Shown here one piece after another: positions 45,272 to 54,813 of a stretch of 64,000 nucleotides of DNA (positions within the stretch are counted from its first letter, which is position 1; every line of letters begins with the position of its first letter). This stretch comes from an uncultured Eubacterium sp. Its GTDB lineage: Bacteria; Bacillota; Clostridia; Lachnospirales; Lachnospiraceae. The stretch lies in the NCBI RefSeq assembly GCF_937958975.1, contig NZ_CALGRE010000045.1, positions 63,087 through 127,086 of the forward strand, given 5' to 3'. A model generated the notes under the pieces. The model saw only the letters and a program-made list of their open reading frames with translations, was not told the DNA's origin and did no database searches. The position numbers and the translations under genes were made by a program.

Positions 45272-45337
45272 TGTCGAAAACTCTAATGATTTTCAACCTT
45301 TTTTTTGACAAATTTATTATTTCAGACTCGTTATACT
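45272..45337 (+). promoter_or_regulatory. spoIIE promoter region: 0A box plus -35/-10 hexamers with a 21-nt spacer
   Basis: TGTCGAA at 45272-45278. TTGACA (45305-45310), 21-nt spacer, TATACT (45332-45337). Confidence 0.45.
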
Positions 45338-45368
45338 ACCATCTGTAAAAAATGGTGAGGAGGGAGAA

Positions 45369-47078
45369 ATGAGCCAGAAAATACTAAAATTAATTTTGTT
45401 ACTAATGATAGGCGTGGTAATGTGTGTCATTCCAATGCTTGGTTTTTATCCAATGGCAGAAAGTTACTATGCAGCACTTTGTTCTATACAATATATATCT
45501 TTTGCTGCATGGCCATTGATGATATTTACCATATTTAATTATGGTGGTGTGTTGGCTGCCATGAAATATGGAACTATGATGGCAACAACAGGATTATGTG
45601 TGAGCCAATATAGGAAGGGAGCTTCTAAATTTAATCCCTATGTTGCGGCAATCATAGTTTCTGTTGTGACAATTGCTTTGGAAGGGATTGACTGGGTGAT
45701 GAATGGAATGGTAACAAGAGAGTTGTATGGATTGATACCTATAGTAATGCTGACCTGGTCCACAACAATTATTTTTACATACTTTGTGAAAAAAATAATG
45801 TTCTATTTTCCAAGGGACAAAAATGCTTCAGGTGATTATAAGAGACAGGAAATAGCGAAGAATGAGGGAATGATTCGGACATCGGAGGCGTTTAAGAACC
45901 TTGCAACAGAAATTAAAAAGATGTCAGCAATGGAGTCCAGCCAGGAATTGACGATGGAAGGTACGATAGAGAGAGAAATCGAAGGTAATATTTGCAGAGG
46001 TTGTGAAAATGGACAGATTCAGTATTTAGAAAGAGCCAGGTTAAATTATCTTTGGTATAACAAAATGTTGGAGACAAGGGAGGCAATGGCTATACAGTTA
46101 AATGAAATGGCAAATCTTTTGGAATATTATACAAAGCCTATGTATGATGACAAAAAAGTTTTGTTTGGTATGGATGATTATTTGAGGCATAAACTCAGGG
46201 AGCGAAAAATAATAACAAGGAAAATTTCTATTAGTGAGAACGGAAAGGGAAGGCTGGAAGTCAGAGTGACGGCAAAAAAGAAAAAACGTTCAGACATAAA
46301 AATAGAAATGATGGAGAGCGTTGTCACTGAGGCAGTAGGAAGAAAGATGAGAGCCTCAAAAGAAAATCTAATGGATGTTACATGCGAATATAATCAGTTT
46401 TGCTTTTTTGAGGAAGTAAATTTCCTCACGATTAGTGGGACTGCAAGAAGAACAAGGGAGGACGAAGACTGTTCCGGTGATAATTTTACTGTAATGGAAA
46501 TGAATACCGGACAGACCTTTATGAGTATATGTGATGGTATGGGTTCGGGAAAAAAAGCCAGACAATATAGTGAGATGGTAATTGATATGTTAGAGCGTCT
46601 GCTGGAGAGCGGCTTTTCTGAGAGCACCTCTCTGAAATTAATTAATTCAATTCTGCTTACAGGAAATCAGTGGCAGGAGCCGGCGGCAGTAGATATGGCG
46701 TTGATAGACCAGTATTCCGGTATTTGCCAGTTTTTAAAACTGGGTGCGGCATGCACATATATTAAAAGGGGAAACTGGGTAGAATGCATAAAATCTACAT
46801 CCCTGCCGATGGGCGTGTTTGAGGAGGTAGATGTTGAGACAATTACAAAAAAATTATATGATGGTGATTTTGTGGTAATGATTTCTGACGGAATTGTAGA
46901 TGCCTTGCAGTGTGAAGATAAAGAGGAGGCTATGGGCAGATTGATTATGGAAATAAACACATCGAGTCCGAGAGAGATGGCATTACATATTTTAAGCAAG
47001 GCTTTGGCAATGACAGATGGCGTGCCGAAGGATGACATGACGGTGCTTTGCACGGGAATATGGGAAAAAATACAGTGA
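45369..47078 (+). CDS. spoIIE: stage II sporulation protein E (membrane PP2C phosphatase), short form
   Basis: N-terminal polytopic region plus a C-terminal PP2C domain (CSGDNFTVMEM...MSICDGMGSG...VMISDGIVD...DDMTVL). Synteny with tilS, hpt and ftsH. Confidence 0.8.
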   Translation: MSQKILKLILLLMIGVVMCVIPMLGFYPMAESYYAALCSIQYISFAAWPLMIFTIFNYGGVLAAMKYGTMMATTGLCVSQYRKGASKFNPYVAAIIVSVVTIALEGIDWVMNGMVTRELYGLIPIVMLTWSTTIIFTYFVKKIMFYFPRDKNASGDYKRQEIAKNEGMIRTSEAFKNLATEIKKMSAMESSQELTMEGTIEREIEGNICRGCENGQIQYLERARLNYLWYNKMLETREAMAIQLNEMANLLEYYTKPMYDDKKVLFGMDDYLRHKLRERKIITRKISISENGKGRLEVRVTAKKKKRSDIKIEMMESVVTEAVGRKMRASKENLMDVTCEYNQFCFFEEVNFLTISGTARRTREDEDCSGDNFTVMEMNTGQTFMSICDGMGSGKKARQYSEMVIDMLERLLESGFSESTSLKLINSILLTGNQWQEPAAVDMALIDQYSGICQFLKLGAACTYIKRGNWVECIKSTSLPMGVFEEVDVETITKKLYDGDFVVMISDGIVDALQCEDKEEAMGRLIMEINTSSPREMALHILSKALAMTDGVPKDDMTVLCTGIWEKIQ

Positions 47079-47159
47079 AAAGTGAGGTGAAACAGGTATT
47101 GTAATGAAAACGAGGTATATTGGTTTGACAGAAAAACTACCATAAAGTATATTAGAGTC

Positions 47160-48551
47160 ATGGATAAAAAGATATTGAAATTTATAAAAGAAAACAAAAT
47201 ATTGCAATATGGTGACAGCGTCATACTGGGAGTTTCCGGAGGCGCTGATTCCATTTGCATGTTGCATATCTTATGTAAACTAAAAAAAACGTTAAACCTG
47301 ACACTGCGCGTGGTGCATGTCAATCACGGAATCAGGGGGGAAGAGGCACAAGATGATGAAATGTTCGTGAAGAAGACTTGTGATGATTTGGGAATAGAAT
47401 TTTTGGCATTTCATATTAATGTACCTGACATAGTGGAAAAAACCGGAATGACAGAAGAAGAAGCAGGAAGAAAAGAGCGGTATCAGATTTTTCAATCTGT
47501 TTTAGAAACGTATCACGCAGATAAAATTGCAGTAGCACATAATTTAAATGATAACAGTGAAACAATCTTATTTAATTTATTCCGAGGGACAGGAATTAAG
47601 GGACTATCGGGGATTCCGGTAAAAAGGGGAGATATTGTACGTCCACTTTTGTGTTGTACGAGGGATGAAATAGAAAAATATCTTGCAAGCAATTGTGTGA
47701 AGTATTGCAACGATATGACAAATAAATCTACAGAATATACGAGAAATAGAATACGGTTAGATGTTTTACCGTACATTAAGGAAAATATTAACAAAAAAGC
47801 TGAATATAATATTGTGAGTGCGGCTGAAAAATTAAGTGAAATTAGTGATTATTTACAGGGACAGGTAAATATAGAATATGATAGATATGTCAGAGGAAAT
47901 AAACTGCAGATTGCGGCAGGCAGACTTCATCCTGCCATACGAAATCAAATGGTCAGACGTATGATAGAGAGAGAGGCAGGATGTTTAAAAGATATTACAA
48001 ATATTCATATAAAACAGGTTGTGGATTTATTTGAAATGTCTGTATCAAAGAAGGTAAATCTTCCTTATAATCTCTGCGCAAGAAGAGATTATGATGGAAT
48101 TATAATAGAAAAAGAAGATAGAGAGGAGAATATAAATAAAAGTAAAGTAGTTGAAGAGATATTAATTGAAAATGGTAAATTATATTCAAATGAGTATATA
48201 AATATTTCTTTGGAGAAATGCGGGTTTGGCAGGAAAAATATAGAAGAATTAGTATATACGAAATGGTTGGATTATGATAAAATAGATAAGTTAATTCTTA
48301 GAACCCGCAGGGAAGGAGATTATATTGTCATTGACGATAATGGCAAAAAGAAGAAGTTAAAGGAATATTTTATCAATGAAAAAATTCCAAGAGAGTATCG
48401 GGATAATATCCTTCTTTTAGCAGATGGAAGTCATATTGTCTGGATACCGGGATATAGAATCAGCGCTTATTATAAAGTTACAGAAAATACAGAGCATATA
48501 ATAAGACTGGAACAAAAGAAGCCAAGGGCAAGTTATACGGATAAGGAGTAA
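47160..48551 (+). CDS. tilS: tRNA(Ile)-lysidine synthetase
   Basis: PP-loop ILGVSGGADSICMLH; AHNLNDNSETILFNLFRGTG. Confidence 0.85.
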   Translation: MDKKILKFIKENKILQYGDSVILGVSGGADSICMLHILCKLKKTLNLTLRVVHVNHGIRGEEAQDDEMFVKKTCDDLGIEFLAFHINVPDIVEKTGMTEEEAGRKERYQIFQSVLETYHADKIAVAHNLNDNSETILFNLFRGTGIKGLSGIPVKRGDIVRPLLCCTRDEIEKYLASNCVKYCNDMTNKSTEYTRNRIRLDVLPYIKENINKKAEYNIVSAAEKLSEISDYLQGQVNIEYDRYVRGNKLQIAAGRLHPAIRNQMVRRMIEREAGCLKDITNIHIKQVVDLFEMSVSKKVNLPYNLCARRDYDGIIIEKEDREENINKSKVVEEILIENGKLYSNEYINISLEKCGFGRKNIEELVYTKWLDYDKIDKLILRTRREGDYIVIDDNGKKKKLKEYFINEKIPREYRDNILLLADGSHIVWIPGYRISAYYKVTENTEHIIRLEQKKPRASYTDKE

Positions 48552-48555
48552 AGAT

Positions 48556-49077
48556 ATGAGGCACAAGATAGCAGAGTATATCAGTGAAGAACAGCTGGAT
48601 AAGAGAATAAGAGAGCTGGCAGTGCAGATTAGTGAGGATTATGCAAAAAAAGAAGTGAGATTAATCTGCATTTTAAAGGGAAGTGTTTTTTATACCTGTG
48701 AGCTGGCAAAGAGAATAACCGTGCCAATTACGCTTGATTTCATGAGTGTATCAAGTTACGGTTCGGGAACTTCAAGCTCAGGAGAAATTAAAATTAATAA
48801 GGATTTAGATGAGAGTATTGAGGGACTGGATGTTATCGTCGTGGAGGATATTATTGATTCGGGAAATACACTCAGCAGATTGATTCCAATGCTAAAAGAG
48901 AGAAAACCTGCAAGCCTGAGAGTTACAACATTATTAGATAAACCTGATAGAAGAGAGTCAGAAGTAGATGTTGATTATGTAGGGTTTGAAATTGAAGATA
49001 AATTCGTGGTTGGATATGGTCTTGATTATGACCAGAGTTACAGGGATTTACCATATATTGGAATCGTAGAATTATAA
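48556..49077 (+). CDS. hpt: hypoxanthine phosphoribosyltransferase
   Basis: PRPP-binding VIVVEDIIDSGNTL; GYGLDYDQSYRDLPYIG. Confidence 0.9.
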   Translation: MRHKIAEYISEEQLDKRIRELAVQISEDYAKKEVRLICILKGSVFYTCELAKRITVPITLDFMSVSSYGSGTSSSGEIKINKDLDESIEGLDVIVVEDIIDSGNTLSRLIPMLKERKPASLRVTTLLDKPDRRESEVDVDYVGFEIEDKFVVGYGLDYDQSYRDLPYIGIVEL

Positions 49078-49104
49078 TATTACACATTTTAAGGAGGCAG
49101 TTTT

Positions 49105-50928
49105 TTGAATACATTAAAAAAAGGTAAATTTTCCAAAATATACATTATTGTGCTGTTATTAATGCTTGGTCTTTTGATGTATAGTTTTAGTGGAAGTTTT
49201 ATTTCAAGTGATTATAAATATAAAGATTTTTTAAATGATTTAACCGATAAAAAGGTTAGTGAAATAACAATAAAACAAAATAAAGAAATTCCAACAGGGC
49301 GAATTATTATAAAATTAAATAATAAAGAAACCAAATCTATTTATGTCCCTGATGTAAATAAAGTAATAGAGGATGTAGATGAAATCAATGGAAATGTCGG
49401 AACAAATATACAGCCTGACATGAATGATGTCAGCAGGGACAGTTTCTTTCTCACTACCATTGTACCGATGCTACTGCTTGGGGTTGTGGTCCTTGTAGTA
49501 ATTATGATGATGAATGCCAATGCCAACGGGGGCGGCGGAAAAATGGCAAACTTTGGAAAGAGCCGTGCGAAAATGGTGGTAGAAATCAAAAACATGGATT
49601 TTTCTAAGGTAGCAGGTTTAGAGGAAGAAAAAGAGGAGCTTGAAGAAATTGTTGATTTTCTGAAAGAGCCTAAAAAATATATACAGCTTGGTGCTAGAAT
49701 ACCAAAGGGTGTGCTTTTAGAAGGACCTCCGGGAACAGGTAAGACCCTTCTCGCAAAGGCGACAGCAGGGGAAGCAGGAGTCCCATTCTTTACAATATCA
49801 GGTTCTGACTTTGTAGAGATGTTTGTAGGTGTAGGCGCTTCGAGAGTCAGAGATTTATTTGCGGAGGCAAAGAAAAATTCACCTTGTATTATATTTATTG
49901 ACGAGATAGATGCTGTGGCAAGAAGACGAGGAACCGGCATGGGCGGCGGACACGACGAGCGTGAACAGACGTTGAATCAGATGCTTGTGGAGATGGATGG
50001 TTTTGGAATTAATGAAGGCATTATTGTTATGGCTGCCACAAACCGTGTAGATATTTTAGACCCTGCTATTTTAAGACCGGGTCGTTTTGACAGAAAGGTT
50101 ATGGTTGGAAGACCTGATGTTAAGGGCAGAAAAGAAATACTTGAAGTCCACGCAAAGAATAAGCCTATCGGGGATGATGTTGATTTGCAGCAGATTGCTC
50201 AGATTACAGCAGGATTTACAGGTGCAGATTTAGAGAATTTATTAAACGAAGCATCTATTCTTGCGGCAAGACAGGGAAAAGCTTATCTCACACAGGATGA
50301 GATTAATAAGGCAATGATAAAAGTCGGCATCGGAAAAGAAAAAAAGAGTAAGATTATATCTGAAAAAGAGAAGCGCATTACAGCTTATCACGAGGCAGGT
50401 CATGCGATACTTTTCCATGTGTTACCGGACGTCGGACCGGTGCATACTATTTCAGTGATTCCAACAGGAGCCGGTGCAGCGGGATATACTATGCCGCTTC
50501 CTGCAAAGGATGAAATGTTCCTTACAAAAGGAAAGATGCTTCAGGAAATTATGGTTAGCCTGGGGGGGCGTATTGCGGAAGAACTTATTTTGGACGATAT
50601 TACCACAGGGGCGTCTCAGGATATTAAACAGGCAACAGCTGCTGCAAAGGCTATGGTTACAAAATACGGTTTCTCTGATAAGTTAGGTTTAATCAATTAT
50701 GATGATGACTCAGATGACGTGTTTATCGGAAGAGATTTGGCACATTCTAAGGGATATGGAGAAAATACTGCATCTGCTATTGATGAAGAAGTGAGAAATA
50801 TCGTGAAGGATTGTTATGATAAGGCAAAAGTGATTATTGAAGAACATATGAAACAGTTACATGCCTCAGCACAGCTTTTGATGGAAAAAGAAAAAATAGG
50901 ACAGAAAGAATTTGAAGCATTGTTTTAG
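49105..50928 (+). CDS. ftsH: ATP-dependent zinc metalloprotease FtsH
   Basis: Walker [12 protein letters not shown] region, zinc site HEAGHA. TTG start lies 7 nt after GGAGG. Confidence 0.92.
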   Translation: MNTLKKGKFSKIYIIVLLLMLGLLMYSFSGSFISSDYKYKDFLNDLTDKKVSEITIKQNKEIPTGRIIIKLNNKETKSIYVPDVNKVIEDVDEINGNVGTNIQPDMNDVSRDSFFLTTIVPMLLLGVVVLVVIMMMNANANGGGGKMANFGKSRAKMVVEIKNMDFSKVAGLEEEKEELEEIVDFLKEPKKYIQLGARIPKGVLLEGPPGTGKTLLAKATAGEAGVPFFTISGSDFVEMFVGVGASRVRDLFAEAKKNSPCIIFIDEIDAVARRRGTGMGGGHDEREQTLNQMLVEMDGFGINEGIIVMAATNRVDILDPAILRPGRFDRKVMVGRPDVKGRKEILEVHAKNKPIGDDVDLQQIAQITAGFTGADLENLLNEASILAARQGKAYLTQDEINKAMIKVGIGKEKKSKIISEKEKRITAYHEAGHAILFHVLPDVGPVHTISVIPTGAGAAGYTMPLPAKDEMFLTKGKMLQEIMVSLGGRIAEELILDDITTGASQDIKQATAAAKAMVTKYGFSDKLGLINYDDDSDDVFIGRDLAHSKGYGENTASAIDEEVRNIVKDCYDKAKVIIEEHMKQLHASAQLLMEKEKIGQKEFEALF

Positions 50929-50948
50929 ATGAGAAGAAGGATTGGAAA

Positions 50949-52979
50949 ATGAACAGACTAAAAGAAGCTTTGTTTCACGATGGAACAAGTCAGTTTTGTA
51001 AATATGACGAGGAAAACGGCACATATACATTTGTCTTGAGAACAGCGTCGGGGGAAGTAAATGAGGCTTTTTTGTGCATTGATAATACAGAAATTGAAAT
51101 GCATTGTGGGAGACATGAAGGAAGCTTTGATTACTTTAGTGTGAGTATTGCGTTGTTAGAAAAGGTTGTAAAATACCATTTTAAGGTTATCAATGCCCAT
51201 AACTGCATATTTTATGATATGTCAGGCGCCTGCGATTATTGCTCTGATGAATGGGAGTTTGAGCTGACGGCGGGATTTCAGACACCGGATTGGGCAAAGG
51301 GCGCGGTCATGTATCAGATTATGGTAGACCGATTCTGTAATGGTGATAAATCCAATGATGTGGTAAATGACGAATATGTATATATTGGAAGAGGCGTCAC
51401 TGCAATGAGTGACTGGAATGAGCCGCCGGCAGCAGATGGAACAAGGCAGTTTTATGGTGGAGACCTTCAGGGGGTTATTGATAAACTGGAGTATCTAAGT
51501 AAATTAGGCGTGGAGGTTATCTATTTAAATCCAATATTTGTCTCTCCATCTAATCATAAGTATGATATACAGGATTATGATTATGTTGACCCTCATTTTG
51601 GTAAAATAATCAATGATAAGGGAAGGACAGTTGCACATTATGAATCCAATAATTTTAATGCAGAAAAGTATAAAAGCAGGACAACGGATTTAGAAAACTT
51701 AGAGGCGAGTAATCAATTGTTTATTCATTTTGTTGAGGAGGCTCATAAAAGAGGAATCAGAGTCATTATAGATGGAGTGTTTAATCATTGTGGTTCCTTT
51801 AATAAATGGATGGACAGGGAGAGGTTCTACCGTGGCAATAGTGATTATGAGCCGGGAGCTTATGAGTGCAAAGATAGTCCATATAATTCATACTTTAAGT
51901 TTGGAAATGAAAATTGGCCGGATAACGGTAGTTATGAAGGATGGTGGGGCTTTGACACGCTTCCAAAGTTAAATTACGAAGAGAGTGAAAAACTCTGTAA
52001 TTATATACTTGATATTGGAAAGAAATGGGTATCGCCACCGTATAATGTGGATGGATGGAGACTTGATGTTGCTGCCGATTTGGGGCATAGTGAGGAGTTT
52101 AACCATGAGTTTTGGAGAAGATTCAGAAAGGTTGTAAAGGAAGCGAATCCCGAAGCAATCATTCTTGCAGAACATTATGGGGATGCACATGCATGGCTGC
52201 TGGGAGACCAGTGGGATACGATAATGAATTATGATGCGTTTATGGACCCTGTCACATGGTTTTTGACAGGTGTGGATAAACATTCTGATAATGCAAATCC
52301 GGGTATGATTGGTAATGCCGAAGTATTTAACAATACGATGAAATATCAGATGTCAAGATTTCAGAATCAGTCCCTGCTTGTTGCAATGAATGAGCTATCT
52401 AACCATGACCATTCCAGATTTATGACGAGAACAAATAAAATGGTTGGCAGAGTCGGAACTGTGGGTACAAAGGCGGCAAGCGAAAATATAAATGAGGCAA
52501 TATTTAAACAGGGCGTAGTCATGCAGATGACACTGCCGGGTGCTCCTACATTATATTATGGAGATGAGGCAGGTGTCTGTGGATGGACGGACCCTGATAA
52601 TAGAAGAACTTATCCTTGGGGAAATGAAAATTTTGAGTTGATGGAGTTTTATAGAGAAGCAATTAGTATTCATAAACAAAACAGGGTTTTAAAAACGGGT
52701 TCGTATACTCCGCTTACCTGTGCGGATAATTTACTGTGTTATGGAAGATTTGATGATAAAGATGCTGTTGCTATTGTTATAAATACATCCGGTAAGGATA
52801 TGGAAATAGATATTCCTGTCATTATACTTGGAAAAGAGGATGAAACAGAGTGGGAAAGGCTGATAGAGACTTCGAGAGAGTTTTATAATTGCGGACGCAT
52901 ACCTTTTACACAAAATAATGGGAATCTTCATGTAAAAGTAAAAGCGATGAGTGCAGCAATTTATAAAAATAAAAACTGA
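50949..52979 (+). CDS. GH13 alpha-amylase-family enzyme (neopullulanase/cyclomaltodextrinase-like)
   Basis: GH13 regions DGVFNHC, GWRLDVAADL, ILAEHYG, LSNHDHSRF. Confidence 0.8.
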   Translation: MNRLKEALFHDGTSQFCKYDEENGTYTFVLRTASGEVNEAFLCIDNTEIEMHCGRHEGSFDYFSVSIALLEKVVKYHFKVINAHNCIFYDMSGACDYCSDEWEFELTAGFQTPDWAKGAVMYQIMVDRFCNGDKSNDVVNDEYVYIGRGVTAMSDWNEPPAADGTRQFYGGDLQGVIDKLEYLSKLGVEVIYLNPIFVSPSNHKYDIQDYDYVDPHFGKIINDKGRTVAHYESNNFNAEKYKSRTTDLENLEASNQLFIHFVEEAHKRGIRVIIDGVFNHCGSFNKWMDRERFYRGNSDYEPGAYECKDSPYNSYFKFGNENWPDNGSYEGWWGFDTLPKLNYEESEKLCNYILDIGKKWVSPPYNVDGWRLDVAADLGHSEEFNHEFWRRFRKVVKEANPEAIILAEHYGDAHAWLLGDQWDTIMNYDAFMDPVTWFLTGVDKHSDNANPGMIGNAEVFNNTMKYQMSRFQNQSLLVAMNELSNHDHSRFMTRTNKMVGRVGTVGTKAASENINEAIFKQGVVMQMTLPGAPTLYYGDEAGVCGWTDPDNRRTYPWGNENFELMEFYREAISIHKQNRVLKTGSYTPLTCADNLLCYGRFDDKDAVAIVINTSGKDMEIDIPVIILGKEDETEWERLIETSREFYNCGRIPFTQNNGNLHVKVKAMSAAIYKNKN

Positions 52980-52992
52980 AAACAATAAAAAA

Positions 52993-53026
52993 ACACAAGT
53001 GAGATTGTTCTCATTTGTGTTTTTTT
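52993..53026. terminator. bidirectional terminator between convergent genes
   Basis: ACACAAGTGAGA (52993-53004) / TCTCATTTGTGT (53009-53020), flanked by A7 and T7 runs. Confidence 0.8.
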
Positions 53027-53058
53027 GTATGCGGCTTGTACCGCTTTTAGCGATTAGA

Positions 53059-53337
53059 TTATTCAGCTTCTGAATATTTTTTCTTAGAAACTAATGCAAC
53101 TCCGGCTGCTGAAATAACAGCGATAAAGCCAAAAGCAAGATTAGCGCCAGTTTTTGGTGATGTTGATGATGGATTCTTTGGTGAAGGTGTTGTAGCTCCA
53201 CCTGTACCGTCATATGAAGTTGTTTCTTCACTAGTTGGTAAAACTGATTCGATTGGGCTTGGTGCCGCAAAACAGTTAACAGTATAAGCAAATGTCAATA
53301 TCACCGTAGCTAATAAAGCAAGCATTTTTCTTTTCAT
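53059..53337 (-). CDS. very small secreted S/T/P-rich sortase substrate with an SPKTG sorting signal
   Basis: Signal peptide (MKRKMLALLATVILTFAYTVNCFA), S/T/P/G-rich 39 aa, then SPKTG + hydrophobic stretch + KKK. ATG at 53337 follows GGAGG. Confidence 0.65.
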   Translation of the reverse strand: MKRKMLALLATVILTFAYTVNCFAAPSPIESVLPTSEETTSYDGTGGATTPSPKNPSSTSPKTGANLAFGFIAVISAAGVALVSKKKYSEAE

Positions 53338-53430
53338 ATTATTAAACCTCCAATAGAAATTTTTTCTATACCTTATATCATTATACACTATAACAATGAA
53401 AAATCAAATATTTTTTATAATATTCGTATC

Positions 53431-54813
53431 CTATTTTACCCGGATATAATAGATATCAAGTATTTTTTCAAAGAAATCTTTTTTGTTTAATTGGAACTGG
53501 GCAGAGACATCATCTTTTACCATTTTGTATTTACCCTCAGTTGTGACCATGTTCAGTCCCGAATAATTAACAGCTAACGTGGAAGCTAAATAAGTCATTA
53601 TGTTAGCATTTAAGTTTGTAACCGTGTATTTTGATGAATCCTGGTACAATTTTAAAGGTAATCCAAAATCATTTTTGATAGCGGGAATTATCTGATTTAC
53701 GAATGAGTTAATATATAGTCTTTGGCATGACATACGTCTTAAGTTGTCATCCACAAGACTGGTATCTCTGTGACGAACAAATTCCTCTGCCAAGTCACCT
53801 TTTATTGTAATCGGCTGGCCTTTTGTAAAGCTTTTAAAAGTATATTCCGGTGTTAGTGTTACGCCGCCGATATCATCATTTAAAATCTTGATTGCCGATA
53901 AATCAATGGCATAGTAGGCGTTAATCGGAATATTATAAATGAGTCGTTCCACTGCAGTTACCTGGTTTTCAGCACTTAATTTCTTTCCGTCACCAAATGC
54001 ATAGGCAAGACATAACTGTGTTGTCTCGGTGTCGTAATATTGTCCGGCTGCATCATATCTGCTGATATCAGCCATTGTATCTCTGTTTAGCGCTAATACT
54101 TTTATTTTTCCATTTGAAGTATCGTAAGTAAACAGGTAAAGTGCATCTGCCTGTCCGGCAGTTGCGGCAACGGCATTTTCTACAAGTTCGCGGTTGTCTA
54201 CACCCATAAACAAGACGCTGGCAATATTATCGTTAAACTGATATGTATGTCCATTATAATATACAGTTTTACCATTATCTTCATAATCAATATCTTCGGG
54301 AAGTGTCATATGCATATTTGTATAATCAAGCATTGCTTCGCGTCCCATATATCTCATAATAAAAAAAGTAACCGTAATTCCAATGATTACACAGAACAGA
54401 AATAACAAGATTCCAATAATGATTTTCTTCTTTTTACTCCATTTTTTCTTTTTATCTGTTTTTGTTTTGCCATGATTACCGGCAGAGTCATGTCTCTGGC
54501 CGGAAGAATGATGACTACTGTGGCTATTTCTCCCGGAACTATGATGATGTCCGGAGGAGCTGTGATGATGCCTGTGTCTATAATTTCTTTCGATAGTATC
54601 CCAGTCAACGTCAAATCCGTTTCCATCGTCATTATCAGTGATAACATCAGCACTGCTATGGTGTGAGTGATGATGTGTGGAAGAGCCGGAGTGTTCGGTA
54701 GAATGACTCGACTGTTTTTGGCTTTCGTTGTCAGATACAGCAGATGAATTGTTGTCCGGTTCATCAGGGACTAATTCGATATTACTGTATAAATCATTCG
54801 TTTGTTTGCTCAT
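53431..54813 (-). CDS. LytR-CpsA-Psr (LCP) family phosphotransferase with a His/Ser-rich cytoplasmic N-tail
   Basis: TM, then the LCP core (VLFMGVDNRE...ADALYLFTYDTSNGKIKVLALNRDT). N-terminal ~120 aa are rich in HHH/HHSS runs. Confidence 0.8.
   Translation of the reverse strand: MSKQTNDLYSNIELVPDEPDNNSSAVSDNESQKQSSHSTEHSGSSTHHHSHHSSADVITDNDDGNGFDVDWDTIERNYRHRHHHSSSGHHHSSGRNSHSSHHSSGQRHDSAGNHGKTKTDKKKKWSKKKKIIIGILLFLFCVIIGITVTFFIMRYMGREAMLDYTNMHMTLPEDIDYEDNGKTVYYNGHTYQFNDNIASVLFMGVDNRELVENAVAATAGQADALYLFTYDTSNGKIKVLALNRDTMADISRYDAAGQYYDTETTQLCLAYAFGDGKKLSAENQVTAVERLIYNIPINAYYAIDLSAIKILNDDIGGVTLTPEYTFKSFTKGQPITIKGDLAEEFVRHRDTSLVDDNLRRMSCQRLYINSFVNQIIPAIKNDFGLPLKLYQDSSKYTVTNLNANIMTYLASTLAVNYSGLNMVTTEGKYKMVKDDVSAQFQLNKKDFFEKILDIYYIRVK

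Noticed and set aside
49341-49940. A long antisense ORF (199 aa) inside ftsH. Similar shadow ORFs occur at 46667..47323, 61137..61649, 61171..61740, 28079..28510, 9506..10003 and 57396..57827, with many shorter ones opposite the GT genes.
   Set aside because: Each lies entirely within, and antisense or out of frame to, a gene with unmistakable conserved motifs. They have low-complexity or biased composition and no RBS. These are typical shadow ORFs.
54387-54764. Out-of-frame and antisense ORFs over the His-rich region of the LCP gene (54387..54764 minus strand, 54472..54666 plus strand).
   Set aside because: They are by-products of the CAT/CAC-rich low-complexity coding repeat and have no independent start signals.
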